The translations under genes and the position numbers were made by a program. Below, piece by piece: positions 11,571-25,095 of a stretch of DNA of 64,000 nt. Positions within the stretch are counted from its first letter, which is position 1, and the number at the start of each line of letters is the position of its first letter. The notes beneath the pieces were generated by a model, which saw nothing but the letters and a program-made list of their open reading frames with translations, made no database searches and was not told the DNA's origin. The DNA comes from Fimbriosthenelais zetlandica (taxonomy: Eukaryota): positions 9,672,001 to 9,736,000 of the forward strand of contig OZ365115.1 of NCBI GenBank assembly GCA_977030845.1. Direction: 5' to 3'.

Positions 11571-14004
11571 GTCACTGGAAAAAATGGGACACTGTTCCTA
11601 TCTATTTCCTTGGGCATCCGCTAAGCTAATCTGTCAATTTCAACATTATTTCGTACATAATTCTCATGTTTAGCCACATTTTAATTATTTCCTCTTCCGA
11701 CTTAACTGGCCATATTATGTGGTTGATACCTTAGTGAATGTCATAAAGTTGGTTAAAACTTCCTTGAACTAAAAGTTCTGCATGAATCAGTTACAACTGT
11801 ATTACAACTTGGCGAGGCAGACATGCCTGAAGGGCATAGTCCAGATAATAGAAGTGCAAGAGATCAGATCTGAATGTCAAAACAAATGTTCATCTCTTTT
11901 ATGAGGTATTTTTTGGAGATATTGCAGCCATCTCAGTTACATCCCCTTCCTTTGTGGATGAATGTATTTCAATATGAAGCATCTTCCTTTTATTTTTCCT
12001 AGCTCCTTGTATTACTTTTGTTTTATACACTGCAGGAAAATGATGCTGATTCATGAAAGTGCAACAAACTAAAAGGAAACCGATCAATTCCAAGTTAACG
12101 TGACAAAGTAATAAAAAGTTCATTTCCTGTTCCATCTCAGTGTATCGTACAACATTTTGTTTCTTTTTTATTTGGCTTTTTTTAACACAAGCAATATTAA
12201 GGCAATGTGTTTTGTCCATGCCATTAGATTCTCAAAGTGTTCAAAGATTATTGACAATGCGGGTTACATTTAAAATTGGCAGATTATCAAAGGCGGAAAT
12301 TGGTTGTACATGAATAATTCCTTTCCCTGTTCCAGTTGTTCTTGTTCAAATTTACCATCTTGGATTGTATCCAAAATCTCCTACCTCATTCAATTGATGA
12401 TCCCAGAGTCACTATAGTACACGTTGGCATTGCCCAATGCTGAACACTACAGGATTTATGCCTCTTGAACCATCCTATTCAACTCTATACCCTGCATGGC
12501 CAGCGCGAGGGATGGACGTGCCATCAGTCGGCCATATTGATTCCCACTGATTGCCTGCTTTGATTTCTCACACCTCGTTGATTCTCGCACTCACGTGGTC
12601 TAAATGCGAGAATCAGCGAGATTCCCCCAGCATGCTCTGGTGCATGTAATCCAGTTTGTTCCCCCATCCATCACGCCCAGCCAGAAACTGGGCTTTGTTG
12701 TCTTCCAGACCAGGCCATGCTGACACACAAATATGGCCCAACATCTCAAATAAAAATCTCTTGTCAAGCATTAAACTCCCTGTGCGCCGTGAAAAAGTCA
12801 AAGGCTGACAATCTTGGCAGGTCTTTAAGAGATAAAGACTTTATCTGCAACAGCTCTCTCCCTTTGTTGCTGCTTCACAATGGCTTCGTCTTGGATGTTG
12901 CCCGTGCAGTGGCTTTTGATGGGATGTCCCTGCATTCTGCATTTTCTCTCTACTCTGCTGGGACAATTCCCCCAATGTTATTTCACTGTGAACATTGCGG
13001 CGGGGTGAATTCAACAGCTCTTTTAAGCCATTAATTCAAGCGCATCTTTGAGAATCCAGTCTATAGCTTTTACATTTGGCCAGAACGATAGCAGCTGTTT
13101 CTCTCGGCTAATGTTTTGCTCATTTGAATCAAAGCTTTGCCTTGATAACCGCCCGTTTGAATAGATAAAATGAACATCCTATTGTGTGGAACACCTGTCT
13201 CTGTGGAACTGAAGTTAGAGCTTGCATTTTAATATCAAAGTGAAATCCTCAGTATTGAATCATTTAAATCTGTGGAACGCTGTGAAAGGCCCATGAAATT
13301 ATCTCAGAAAAAGATGTTCATCTGAATATCAAATTGATGCTTTTCAGAATCCCTGAAGTGTACAGGATAGGTCATATTTCCATAACGTGTGTACTGTACT
13401 CCTTGGCAACCTTACCTTAGCAACCTGAAATTTGACCATTATCCTGGATTTCTACATGCATGCATGACATGACCTATATGTAGAACCCCATACATGTTGA
13501 ATCAATTACGTAGAATTATCCCAGTCCCTCATTATCACCCCTGCCCGTTGTGTCCTCAGTAAACCCCCTGCGTACAGGCTGAGCCCCCCTGAGAGACTCA
13601 TAGAAACTCACCTGTATGGGTTCCGTCCAAGGATAGAATCCCTTCTCCCTGCAGCATTATTTCTATTATTACCTTGCTTCCCTATACCCCCATGAGCATG
13701 TCTCGGGCCCATTCCTAAGGTCAGTCGTGTTGATTATGAGCTGCTCTTTCATGACAGGGACAAATACTTCATGTCTTATTCCACCATAATCAATATTGTC
13801 CACCCACCCATCCAGCACCTCCTTGTCCCATTCTTCAAGGCCCGAGCACTCCCAACTCTTCATGTTTTGCCAGCTCACGTTTCCAACTCCCCAGTTCCCT
13901 CATGTTCAAACAATCCACCGACTCCCCTTTTTGCTTCTATTGCTCGTCATTACTTCATGCTCTGTACTCAAGCCTCTGACCTATGACCCCTGGGCGGCCA
14001 TCAT

Positions 14005-14215
14005 CTTACAAAATGGCCGCTGCCCAGCTTCCGGTCGCGTCTCTTATCAGGCGCACTCTATTAAACGCACACGCCACATTAAAACCTGGCCGATCATAAG
14101 TGTCACCATTGCTGGCTTGGTGACACTCACATTGGTGCTTAGGCTTGTCAAAATTCTCCTCTCATGCACGTGACAGGTGCCTGACCATGTGACTGTTTCC
14201 ATAGTCATGTGACCT
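14005..14215. promoter_or_regulatory. Promoter/enhancer-like motif cluster (YY1-like, ETS, three E/M-boxes)
   Basis: AAAATGGCCGC 14010-14020; CTTCCGG 14028-14034; CACGTGAC 14167; CATGTGAC 14186 and 14206. Confidence 0.45.
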
Positions 14216-17200
14216 ATGAGGGCAGTGCTGTCAAGTATTGGGAGCAGAGTGTTATGTCAGGGAATGGCTGATATGGTTCAGGGCTGGAGTCTGGTTGCTC
14301 TAATACTGTCTAGGTATTTAGTCCTGTGGCAACACTGTCTGAGAATATAACACTGTAAATATTAGACCTGTATACATGGTTGCAAAAACTTTCATAGCCC
14401 ACAATAGGCCCATGCAAAAATGACCATCTGAAACGTAGAAATAATGTTAAAAAAAGAAATGATTGAGTTCTACAGATGGCTTGCAAGATTATACAGTGCA
14501 TTAGCGAAAGTGAAGAAGCTAAACAATAGTCCTACGAATTCAAACTCATCCTCTGCCATAAGAACATCACATACATTACATAGGAACTGAGTAAGAAATT
14601 TAAGCAGATCATATAAAAAAATTCTGAAAGGTATTCATGTGGTAGATCATTGAACATGCCATGTCAGGTATAGGTGACACATTGCTTGTCTGCCCATCGA
14701 TTCTAACCCTGGTAATACGAGTCATATGATAGTTGAGATGAACAAATGAGCATGGTATTGGGTATCTCTTAGATCGTCATCAGAACAGTACTTTGTCTCA
14801 TGTTCTCTCTCATACATCATAAGTTTCGGTCTTATCTATCGCCTGCTTTGATAGACCTGGCAGGGTGAAGGGAGATCGAGTGGAAAAGACTTCTGGTCGC
14901 GTATGAAGAATGAGTGCTCATGTACAAGTCCAAAATATTCCTTGGCCAACTTTGATGGCTATCCTGCAGGGAGGCATGATTATCAGATGTCTCCTCTACT
15001 CGCGAAGTTCTCTTGGAAACTCCCTCTTCTGACTACACTTCTGAAATAACAACATGAAGTTATTCGTTTTTGTGAAGATTTCATCTACTGTTTGAATAAT
15101 GACAGTGTAGCTGATCAGATTTTGATGATTTGATTTCTTCGTCATCATTCAAATTGACTCTTTGAGGTATTTTACTAATATATTTCGATTTTGACTATAG
15201 ATTTAAATGACCTCTTTTATTAGCGAGCCGTCTTGCCCTTCGTTCCCACCAGGTACCTCCATCAATTAGAAAGAGCGACATCCCCCTGAGAGCCCGCCTT
15301 ACAAAGTGGTGTAAATCCCTCCTGGGGAAAAACAAATCTTGAAGAACGTTTCTCTGTCCATTTCAACAACAGCTGCCTTGGTGTTTAGACGGTTTTACCC
15401 ATGGTAAATGACTATGGGAAGATGTCTTTAATATTGTTCTTGTGGGAAGAGTGGTGGATTTTATACAGTGGTCCTTTGGATACAGTAACTGTTGCTTGAA
15501 ATAAGTGTTTATAACATTAATTAATGGATCTAGAACCAGGGATTGAATTCTCTCGTCTTGTGTTTGCCCTATCATTCTGTGCTGCAGGTTTTGTGAAGAT
15601 ACCCTTGTGTTTCTTCATTTTCATATGAATTCATAGCACATTTCTGATTCAATTTTTAAAACTTAAAATTGTATGATTTTACAACTCATGTCATAATCAT
15701 AATAACGCAGATAAGATTTCGAGAAATTTAACTTACGAAATCCTGCAATACCCATTAGTTACGCCGGGTAAAAAAAGTACATACCATTGATTCAACATTT
15801 AAAATGTTTAGGAAGCCATTTTAAGACCCCTCCAAAACGAAACATGGTCATTTTAATAAATGATTCACTCTCTTAAAAGCATGTGTGGATTAGGAGGAAA
15901 TGTGGGGAAAATAATCAATAAAAACTCATGAATATGAAGGGGAAGGAAGTGCGTGGAAAATCTGCCACTAACATGCGCATAATATCAAGTCTCACTGAGG
16001 TGAGAGAGAGAGCTCTCACAAGTCGCAGGATAGATTGAGCTGTCACTCTCAGCCTCACTCGCCCCTAAAAACACCTCATTTATACTTGATGCCTTCCACT
16101 AAGATTGTAGATTCCAATGGAAGGAGAAGATGGAAGAAAAGAGGTAGGAGTAGTGCAGAAATTGGGGGCAGACAGAGAGCGAAGGATGCATGGAGATGGC
16201 ATCATGATCTCTTGAACTGATATTCTCACTGAGGCAAAATGAGAATTAATTTTTGGATAGAATCATGGAATATTCCATAAATATTTTATCATGCTTGGAT
16301 TGCTTCTGACAATAGGGTGTCTAGTTTTGCTTTAATGGCGTGACTTTTTAGCTGTACTTTTCTTTAAGAACAGTTCTCTTTTCTGGGATGCTTTCTGAGG
16401 TATTTTATTAAAGTTGTCCATAATTGGGCTCCTTTGAAGAATTCTGATATTAATTGTTGCTGATGATCTAAGATTTCTTTCGCCTGAGTGAGAAATGAAG
16501 AATGTGACATTATCTGAATAGAATGGAGTGAGAAAATGCTCGATACAAAGGATAATTCCTGAACTTGAGGGTTCAATGATGATAATGGACCATTATTAAA
16601 CTTCCATCCTGCATTTTCCTGCATTCAAACCCACACTTAAGTCGGAAGGACAACGAAAATACTTCGACCTGTTCTAGAAGAGAGGGAAAAGTGACGAACA
16701 TAAAGAAGAGAGCAAAGGGAAGGGATAGGAAGGGGCGGGGGTAGGTTTAAAGAACGCAAAGTGACTTCTCACTCCTTCATGGCCCACACTTGAGTCCATT
16801 GACTCATGAAGAATGAGGTGGTGGGTAGGGAGGAGCTGGTTGGGCCCAGCCCCTGTCAGCGATCCTGATTGCCTCTGACACACACATCAAAGCACCCACC
16901 ATCGCCTGACATCAGAACCCCCACCAATTGCTCCCAAATGGAATTTTCTTTCTTCTGATTCATGAAAGCAAAGTGTGGCTTTTTACTATCTAACTCTTAT
17001 CTTGATGACGTTTAGAGCGGTTGATTCTCACTGACTGGGAATGTGTCAGGCAGTATCAGAAATGTCTTCGGTTAATGGTTGTAGATACACTAAGTCTTGG
17101 GTTCTCTTTAAATAATCCAGATCTTTCATTCGCATATAACTATTCCAATCCATGGAGAAGAATGGATGTGACACAAGAGTCATTGGCTAAAAACAGGTGA

Positions 17201-18350
17201 TTTTCAGCCTGTGTGGCGAGAACGTATTTGAATTGCTCGCCAGATTCCGCAAGCTGCAAGTATACTAGCTGTAATCTGAAACAATTGGATTATCATACTT
17301 TTGGGATGTTGTATTTGAAAAAGGTTAGCCTTCTTCTTACGATTTAAACAAAAATATATTTGATTTATGCACAGGATGCTCTCTTTATCTCCCTTTTCTA
17401 TTTTCCTGCCAGAAAGATAAATTTATGTTTGCAAAAAAATTCAATTTCCTTCTGAGGCAGAAATTCGCCTGGGGAAAACATCCATTAGACTAAAGCATTA
17501 CACCTCTAATCCTTCCCTCGTTTCTTACTCTGGCCTTTGAGTTCAGAAAAGGCATTTGGGGAAGGATTTCCGTGTATCAAACAGATCTGGCCTAAATTGA
17601 CTTTTTGTTTGATTACCACGCGCAGGGCTCCGCTAAAAGACAGAAGGCAAAGAAAAAAGGAATTTCTCTCGAGGGTGGTTCAATATGGCGAGGTCTTTCA
17701 AAAGGATTTTGTTGGGACCGACTGCTGTCCCATCTCATTTCAGGACCATTATAAATAGAACCTAATAGATCTGATGTTGGAAGAAAAAGTGAAAAGTCAC
17801 AGAGGGAATCATGGCCTTGGAGGATTGTTGGAAATGTCTTTCTGTTATTACTTATTTTGCCATAAAAAGTGTTGAGCATTACACGTTTTAATTAACACGT
17901 TCTGTACTGGTAGATCTACCATCGGAATTACGAAATGAAGCCAAAAATGTGTATTGTATGATATTCCACCCATATGGTAACTGCATGAGATACTGCTATA
18001 TGAAATGCATGAAACCTATTCAATGTATAATATGTGAAATCCCTTGGTTATGGCCTGCGGGGGATCCATGAGATATTCCAGAGAGAAAGAGTGGCAAACA
18101 ATTCTATAGACCTAGCTCCCTAAATATTACTGTGGGTGAGTGTTAAATATGGGAGCCATATGACCTTGTTACAGGATGAGAAAATGGCATCATAGGTCTA
18201 CTGTGATCCGATTACTTCAGGTTGGGCTCAGATAAGGCAGGGTAAGGGAATAATATAACCTAAGGAAAGGTTACACAGGAAGGTAAGACGGCCAGCTGAG
18301 CACTGTATTCATTGTCCGTAATTGTACCTACATAATGCACAAAATTGCAG

Positions 18351-18467
18351 AGGGAATTATATAGACCATAGGGAATTATATAGACCATAGGGAATTATAT
18401 AGACCATAGGGAATTATATAGACCATAGGGAATTATATAGACCATAGGGAATTATATAGACCATAGG
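18351..18467 (+). repeat. Perfect 19-bp minisatellite (agggaattatatagaccat) x6
   Basis: Six identical units start at 18351, 18370, 18389, 18408, 18427 and 18446, followed by a partial agg. Confidence 0.97.
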
Positions 18468-21400
18468 TTTGCTACTGAAAGTTAAACAGATTTTGACAAG
18501 CCATATCAAATGTCTTAAATATTTGGTTTGTACTGTCATTGTCATACCAGTCTTGCCGATAATTCAGTCAACCTTAAGGGTAAAGAATCGTATATGGGAA
18601 GCAGCATTTTATGACTAGTATTTCCACCATTATAAGATATGTTTCCAAACACATCTTCCCCAGTCTGAAAACAGTACCATCCCGAATTAATTTTACTATC
18701 TTAGGTTTTCAGAGGAAAGCAATTTTTTTGCGATCATAGATATGTATGTAAAAGCTTTTATAAGTAAGAGAATGGGCCGTGTATAGATGCCCTATAAAGG
18801 TTTCATATGAAATCCCATTAACTGGAGGCATTTCCTTAAGTGCCTTCTTGCCCAGGATCCGTTCTCCATTAGTCAATGTTACACTGCTAAGAATCCACCA
18901 GGCATCTGCATCATCTTTCTTATGATGTGCACCCTTTTAGTTGGTAAGCTCGCTATGGGAGAGAAAGTATTCCCTCTATTGTAGTCTTCTGCTGAATTCC
19001 CTCAGATGCCTCCTCACTATGTCCTCATATAACTTCGTGTTGTGTTAAATCATATAATATTCCCAGTGTTACATTGCTATTGAGAGACCCTTCGTAATCT
19101 CTGTCTTTACCCCATTTGCTGATAATAGCTCATTAACTAGGAATTTTGAATTACAAAAGATTAAAGGTTCTAATTACTAATTTACTCTAATATTCCTACA
19201 CAATTCGCAAACATACTTGCATTTTTTTACATCCTAAGATACTGCAGGATGATTGAGAAATCTAAGAAGACTCAGGAAACATTGATTCGAGAATATCTTC
19301 TATTCATTAACACAACTGCAGTTCCACAGTGACCAGGTGTTATATGGCACTCCAGAACAAACATCTAATGGAGCTTGACAGCCTAAAAGATACTAATCAT
19401 GCGATAGACTCATCAGTGCTAACCTCCTAAAGATTAGGCAGTTGGAGGAAAAAATACTGATGAATAGATAAGGAACAGAGGTGTTACTCCGTCGGGCAGA
19501 CATCATCTATCAGTATTGCAATTAAGCATAGACGCAGGAATTATTCATATCTGTTAGTGTGAGGTGTGGGGATGCGAACAACACAAAGAAAACTCTGGGA
19601 CACCGTGATAAGATTCATTTGGGAAGGATTCCCAAAGGAAAGTGCATTGTCCCTCATGCTCCATTTTCTGTTATTAGAAAGAAAAAAACATTATAGTAAT
19701 GGACTTCTTTAATGGATTTATCTTGAAGCTTTTTAATCTCCTGGTATGTCTGTTGAGAATCATTTTAATGTAGTTCCATGGTTTCTTTGAAGCCTTCTGC
19801 GTAATGCCTTCAACGTCACCCATATTACTGGGATCCTGCTTTTCATACACGTATCTGCAATTAACTATTTTAAATTCTTCAAGAGCTTGCCGGAGTAGCG
19901 TTTTCTATAACCTCGTCTAACTGCTCGCTCAATTAATTAGCATCAAACTTTTATTTGGCATTGTTCAGGGACCAATGAGATTGAACATTTTCTTTCAAAT
20001 CAGTTAGCACATTTTGGGGTTGAATGTTATACATTGCCGCATTATCCATTGAGTTGTGCCACTCTCTTCCCTTAAGGTTATTTGCATGGGTATTCTGGGA
20101 ACACGTTCAGCATTGGGCATTCATTTCGAATCTGATTTCCTTCATGAATATAGTTCAGATGATAATTAATCATCGCTTTAAAGATCAACCTGATAAAGCA
20201 AATGTTTTCCCCCATTTAATGCTCTTCTGACTTCCATTAAATATTCCTCCCTGAGAGAGAACCGACCCACGACACCGTCCATTAATCCTCCGCCGCCGGG
20301 ACTTGTTCACAGTCTGTGCAGGGATATGGAACACCTCCCTTGCAGAACTCTTCATTACTCAGAGGTTAAAAAGTCTGTGTCTGACAGGAGTGGGGTGAAC
20401 TTCTCTCTAACCCCGCGGATGTATAATAGAAAAGAGCGAAAAAATGTTTCCCTGTAGTTACCATCAGTGGATCTGACCCGTCAACTGAACCTGAACAGCA
20501 TTTCTCTGCCGACTGCCACCGCCCCTCCCCGCGCACTGATATATCATTGTTCATCATGCTTTGTGAGGCGGACCGAAAGTAGTCCCAGCAATCAGCGCCT
20601 CCATGGTGTTCATGGTCCTCTGTGATGTCACACTTTCTGCTGACTTATCCCCTAGACCTTATGAAGTGCAACACAGAAGTTATGTGATGTAGACCACAGG
20701 ATGTGATGACGTATTACACCTTAAGTGATGATGCATTACCTAAATGTGTTGGAGATTACTTCTCTTGATTTGGAGTGATTGAGTTAAGGCAGTAGATGGG
20801 AATGGGTGGCCAGGACTCTTCTGGTTCTGACATATCTGCAAATGGACCAATATTTGTCTCACTGATGGATTGGCGTGGCCAGAATCAGGCATGGCTGGGT
20901 TGGACACACAAGATGTAGAGAGGGGAAAAACGTTCTCTTCTCTAGAGGGGAAGGATATATATAATCAGGAACCCCATGATGAATAGTTGGGCCTTGATTC
21001 AAATGAAAAGAGATGCAGTTAGGTGCATGTAATGTTGTGCATTCCAACTGTTAAATTTGTTAAAAGAATTTCTGGTCTTGTCTGGTGAATAATGGCCTAT
21101 TTTATTGATCAATGTTTACATTCGTAGGATGCCTTCCTTTGGAATTGAATGCCATAATAATATATCGATGGATCTTTTGCAATTGAACAGTTAAAGGACA
21201 ATTCATTGAACAATGTAGAACATTACTTTTCACCCAGCAGGTTTTAAATTTTTAGATGAACATGAAAGTTCAACCTGAACCATGGAATTAATCTCTCGGA
21301 TTTATTATATGAATTGAGAAAAGATTACAAAAAAACACTCTCTGCTTTCATAATAATTCGGTATTTCCAAGTGGTTTTCGGTATCATCGAAACATTTTAA

Positions 21401-21849
21401 AATCGGGTGGCACTCAATCTTTTAGAACACAGACAAAACCAAATTGTTCCAGCACTAAAACTGTCTACTAGAAAAGTCTCAATGCATTTTCATTCTCCAT
21501 TTGTTCCCATTTTAATCTGCGATAAAACCTATTTTTACACTTTGATGAAGAACGTGTGGGTTGTATTCATTTGATCCAAACAAGGCTGGTGAATGGAAGA
21601 GTAACTTACATAAAAGGGGGATGAATTCTTTACTCAGCAAAGCATGAAAATATGGTTTGATGGATTAGTAGTGTCTGTTCTCCAGTTCCCTTGAGAGTTC
21701 TATTTAAAACCTTCAGATCTGTATTCGTTCTCATTTTGAACATAACTGCATCAATTTAAGATTTTTCTTCTCGATTTTTATGGTATACTGCATATCATGA
21801 AGGAAGACTGTTTGTAGACATGTGTTATTATTTTAAAGTTAATATTTGT

Positions 21850-21964
21850 TACTAACCTAACATACTAACCTAACTTGCTGAAATGTTATAATTGTTTTTT
21901 CTTTCAATTTTTTAGGTGAGTTGAGCTTACTGATAATTTCTATAGCTGCGAAGTTAAGGTATGT
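21850..21964 (+). other. Candidate recursive splice site 1 with 43-nt cryptic RS-exon (21916-21958)
   Basis: Duplicated branch motif tactaacctaac (21850-21861 and 21863-21874), T-rich tract, TAG|GTGAGT at 21915/21916, and downstream donor AAG|GTATGT at 21958/21959. Confidence 0.6.
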
Positions 21965-22454
21965 ACGTAGAACTAATTCTCAGAACATCAGCCTGGCGCC
22001 CTGTCTTCTAAATGCTAAAATGCTCACACTAATTTAGTAAAATGCTTTCTTTAAAATTATTAGATCATTTAAGTTACATTGGAGGAGTTTGCTAATGAAT
22101 TTCCAAATGTCAGTGTAGGAAATTCATATTTTCCCCATCTTCTTGTAGACCTTCTATTACTTATAAATACATTCATGATTCCATATGGACATCCGTGTAC
22201 ATATAACTCAACGATAATCTTACATAATACCCCTCTAAGTAAGCTTCATATGTGGCACAACATAAACCCAAACAACCACAATCCTGAATGATGTTGCGGT
22301 GTATATATTTTCATTACTCTCCCCCAAATATCATTTCCCTGCTGTCTACCCCCTTAATACCATTATGATATAATATAGGAGCACATTAATTCCCTCATTA
22401 TTGCCTTATTTGGAGTTGCGTGCCTTGGATATACTTACATTGATCACACACATT

Positions 22455-22630
22455 TATCTCTCACTCTCGCTCTCTCACTCCCTTCTCTCCTATTGCGCAT
22501 CATTATGCCACTCTTCTCAATCCTCTCACTGCTCCCTCTTCTCCCACTCTCACTCCTCTCTCAAGTACCCCTCACTTTCTCCCACTTCTATTTCCCTCTC
22601 CTCCCTCTCTCCTCACTCCTCCGCGCTCTT
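22455..22630. repeat. Degenerate CT-rich tract
   Basis: ctctc/ctcact low-complexity run. It accounts for the Ser/Leu-rich ORFs at 22401-22715. Confidence 0.85.
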
Positions 22631-25023
22631 ATTCAACCCACTCACATACCCTCCCTCATCTATATACCCAACCAACCCTAGGGACTCCATCATAAAAACC
22701 CTGCATGTAACGTAATATAGGCATGCCACGATCCAGTGAACTGAGACCTCCGACAATGAGGGCCTTCTATTAAAGCAACATGTGCCAGCACGGCCCGATG
22801 AACAGGCGGTAAACGAGCTGGAAATGCTAGCTCCTCACTGCTATCTCGGAGGTATCTGTTTTAGGAGAGTTTCCAGATCCCCTAACAGGCTCCCTTGCAT
22901 ATAGATCTCAATGTATAGCCAGGAAAAAGTCCCCTCCTCTCTGCCTCAGGACTTTGGTCTTTGCATGCCTCCCTTCAATGGTTCTATCCGCCTTTGCTTG
23001 TATAGAGTGAAATGGCGCCACCACAAAGGGCTTCTCAGAAGCTGCTTGGATGGCAGGACAGAGAAGGGCAGGGCTTGCAGGTCCAATTTCCTGAGACTGA
23101 CCACTGAGATTCACTGTCTAGACATATATAAGCCAGCTTAACCAAGCCAGTGGTCATCTTTATTGTAAGCTGGTCAAGCTGAAATGTTTTATGCGAGACT
23201 TTGTTTTCCGTGATGTGCTATAGGGCATCTTTAAATTGCTTTCAGTTAATTTCACTTGAAGCATTCTGCTCTTGGTCTAGTGTTACAGTAAATTAGGCAA
23301 GTTTATTCCGATGATTCAGAATGCAAAATAGCCAATTTAGTTATTTTGCGTTATATGATTCAAATTATTGGTATTTCGCGTTATCAATCATTCCATGCAA
23401 TGAACTGCAACTCAAGAAGAAGGGGTTGTACACTGTCCATTCTTGTACAAGACCATAAAATGACCTATTTGTCCCTCAGGCCCGCTTATCCACCAGTTTT
23501 CCCAGGATAACAAACCCCCATCCATTAAGTTCCTCACATTGTATTCAAACCGCTCCTGGCCTCTGGGAAAAGCTCTCCTCTCCTGGTGACCAACTAATCC
23601 TATTGTTTTACAATGAAGACAAATGGACATTGCCACAATCCCAGATGATGACCGTGGGCAGTGGCTTTAAACGCTGACCCACACCGTCAGAACCCTAGTC
23701 AGGAGCTCAAAAAATCAGCCCATCATGGGTGCTTGTGTGTTTGTTTGTCTGTGATCTGAATTCAGATGGGTTTCTTTAAGCTCTGCTTGATGCCACATTA
23801 TGGCTTTGGCCTTGACAACCTCCAAGATTGGAGAATCTGTAATTGTCCTGCGCTGCCCGATCGTAAATTTCATTCGTTGGGTGGCAGATTGCATGAAATT
23901 GTGTCCCGGTCCTAGTTGCTTCTTTCCCTACTTGTATATAGTCGCATTTGCCTGGTTCGCTGCAGCATGGATGAATATTGGATGGCATTCTCCTCTCCCC
24001 ATTCATCGAAGTGTTACGCAAATTATTTCACTGTAAAGGGATCCGTTATTACTGGAAACAAATATAACACATTAATCAGAGGCGAATAATGTTTTTTTCT
24101 AGTTGAAAGCAGTAACATATCGTCCACATCCTCTGCAGTAATCTTATTTGATCATATCCCTGGTTAACAATGAAAAATGATTGCCAGGATGTGTTGGCAA
24201 TATAGAGTTTTATCAGATATATCTGCGAGGCTGCCTCGAAATGAGATTGAACAGAGGGATTATATGTAGGTCTTCTGGACCAATTAGCAAGCCATGGAGA
24301 ACATAATGTTTAAATCTGCAGCAAGCTTATAGTATTGGCCTTGAGGACTTAAAAACTTAAGATGAAGCCTGTTATTCTCATGGTACAGATAGAGTTATAT
24401 TCAGTTAGTGTTTATAATATTGTTTGCTTAAACATATAATCATGGACGTGTCCTTGACGTCCATGTACTTCCTTCTAGCAGTATTATCAAAAAGCACCCA
24501 TAAAACCCAAAGGAGACACTAAACTATTAATGCTCCTCAAAAATAAGCTCACATGTGGCGCTGTGAGCACCTGTCTAATGACCTGGCTTCTCCTTGGTTT
24601 GATACATGTAGGAGAAGGGTTTTAGGGCTGCTGTTTCGGAGATTGGACACTCAGGGCAATTACCAGCGGCTCAGGGAATGGGAATGGACTTTAATTAGAA
24701 AAAGAGTATTTATCTGCCTGCTAGTCTGCTAATGGGAACTTTAGTCTTCGAGAGAAATGCCTTACACACGAGCTGTGGAAATGGTACTACATACCATGAA
24801 TTGTTGAAATTAACATCATTCTAATATGCTAGTGCCGTTTATAAAAAAAATTCTCTAGGCCATTTAATGATTTAAAAAAAAATAGGCTACTGTTTTCTTT
24901 TCATGAAGGATCTCTCAAAAGTCCAATTTTGTCCAATTTCCTCGTTTGAGCATTGAATGAGAAAAGTACACGTTGACAGTGATGTAAAATGTGATACAGG
25001 ATTCAAAAATGAACATATAAGAA

Positions 25024-25095
25024 TGTCTACAAACTGTGAAAAAAAGTCTGCATACCATAAAAAAAAGTCTGCATACCATAAAAAAAAGTCTGCAC
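25024..25095 (+). repeat. 21-bp tandem repeat (aaaaaaaagtctgcataccat), about 3.5 copies
   Basis: Directly visible, and seen as the CRLFFMV repeat in the minus-strand ORF 24915-25100. Confidence 0.9.

Noticed and set aside
14301-14322. miR-200/miR-8 gene (first 11 nt match)
   Set aside because: The 3' half diverges and there is no complementary 5p arm upstream.
21850-21874. Telomeric (CCTAA)n reading of ctaacctaac
   Set aside because: There are only two units per copy; its position before a pyrimidine tract and AG fits a branch point better.
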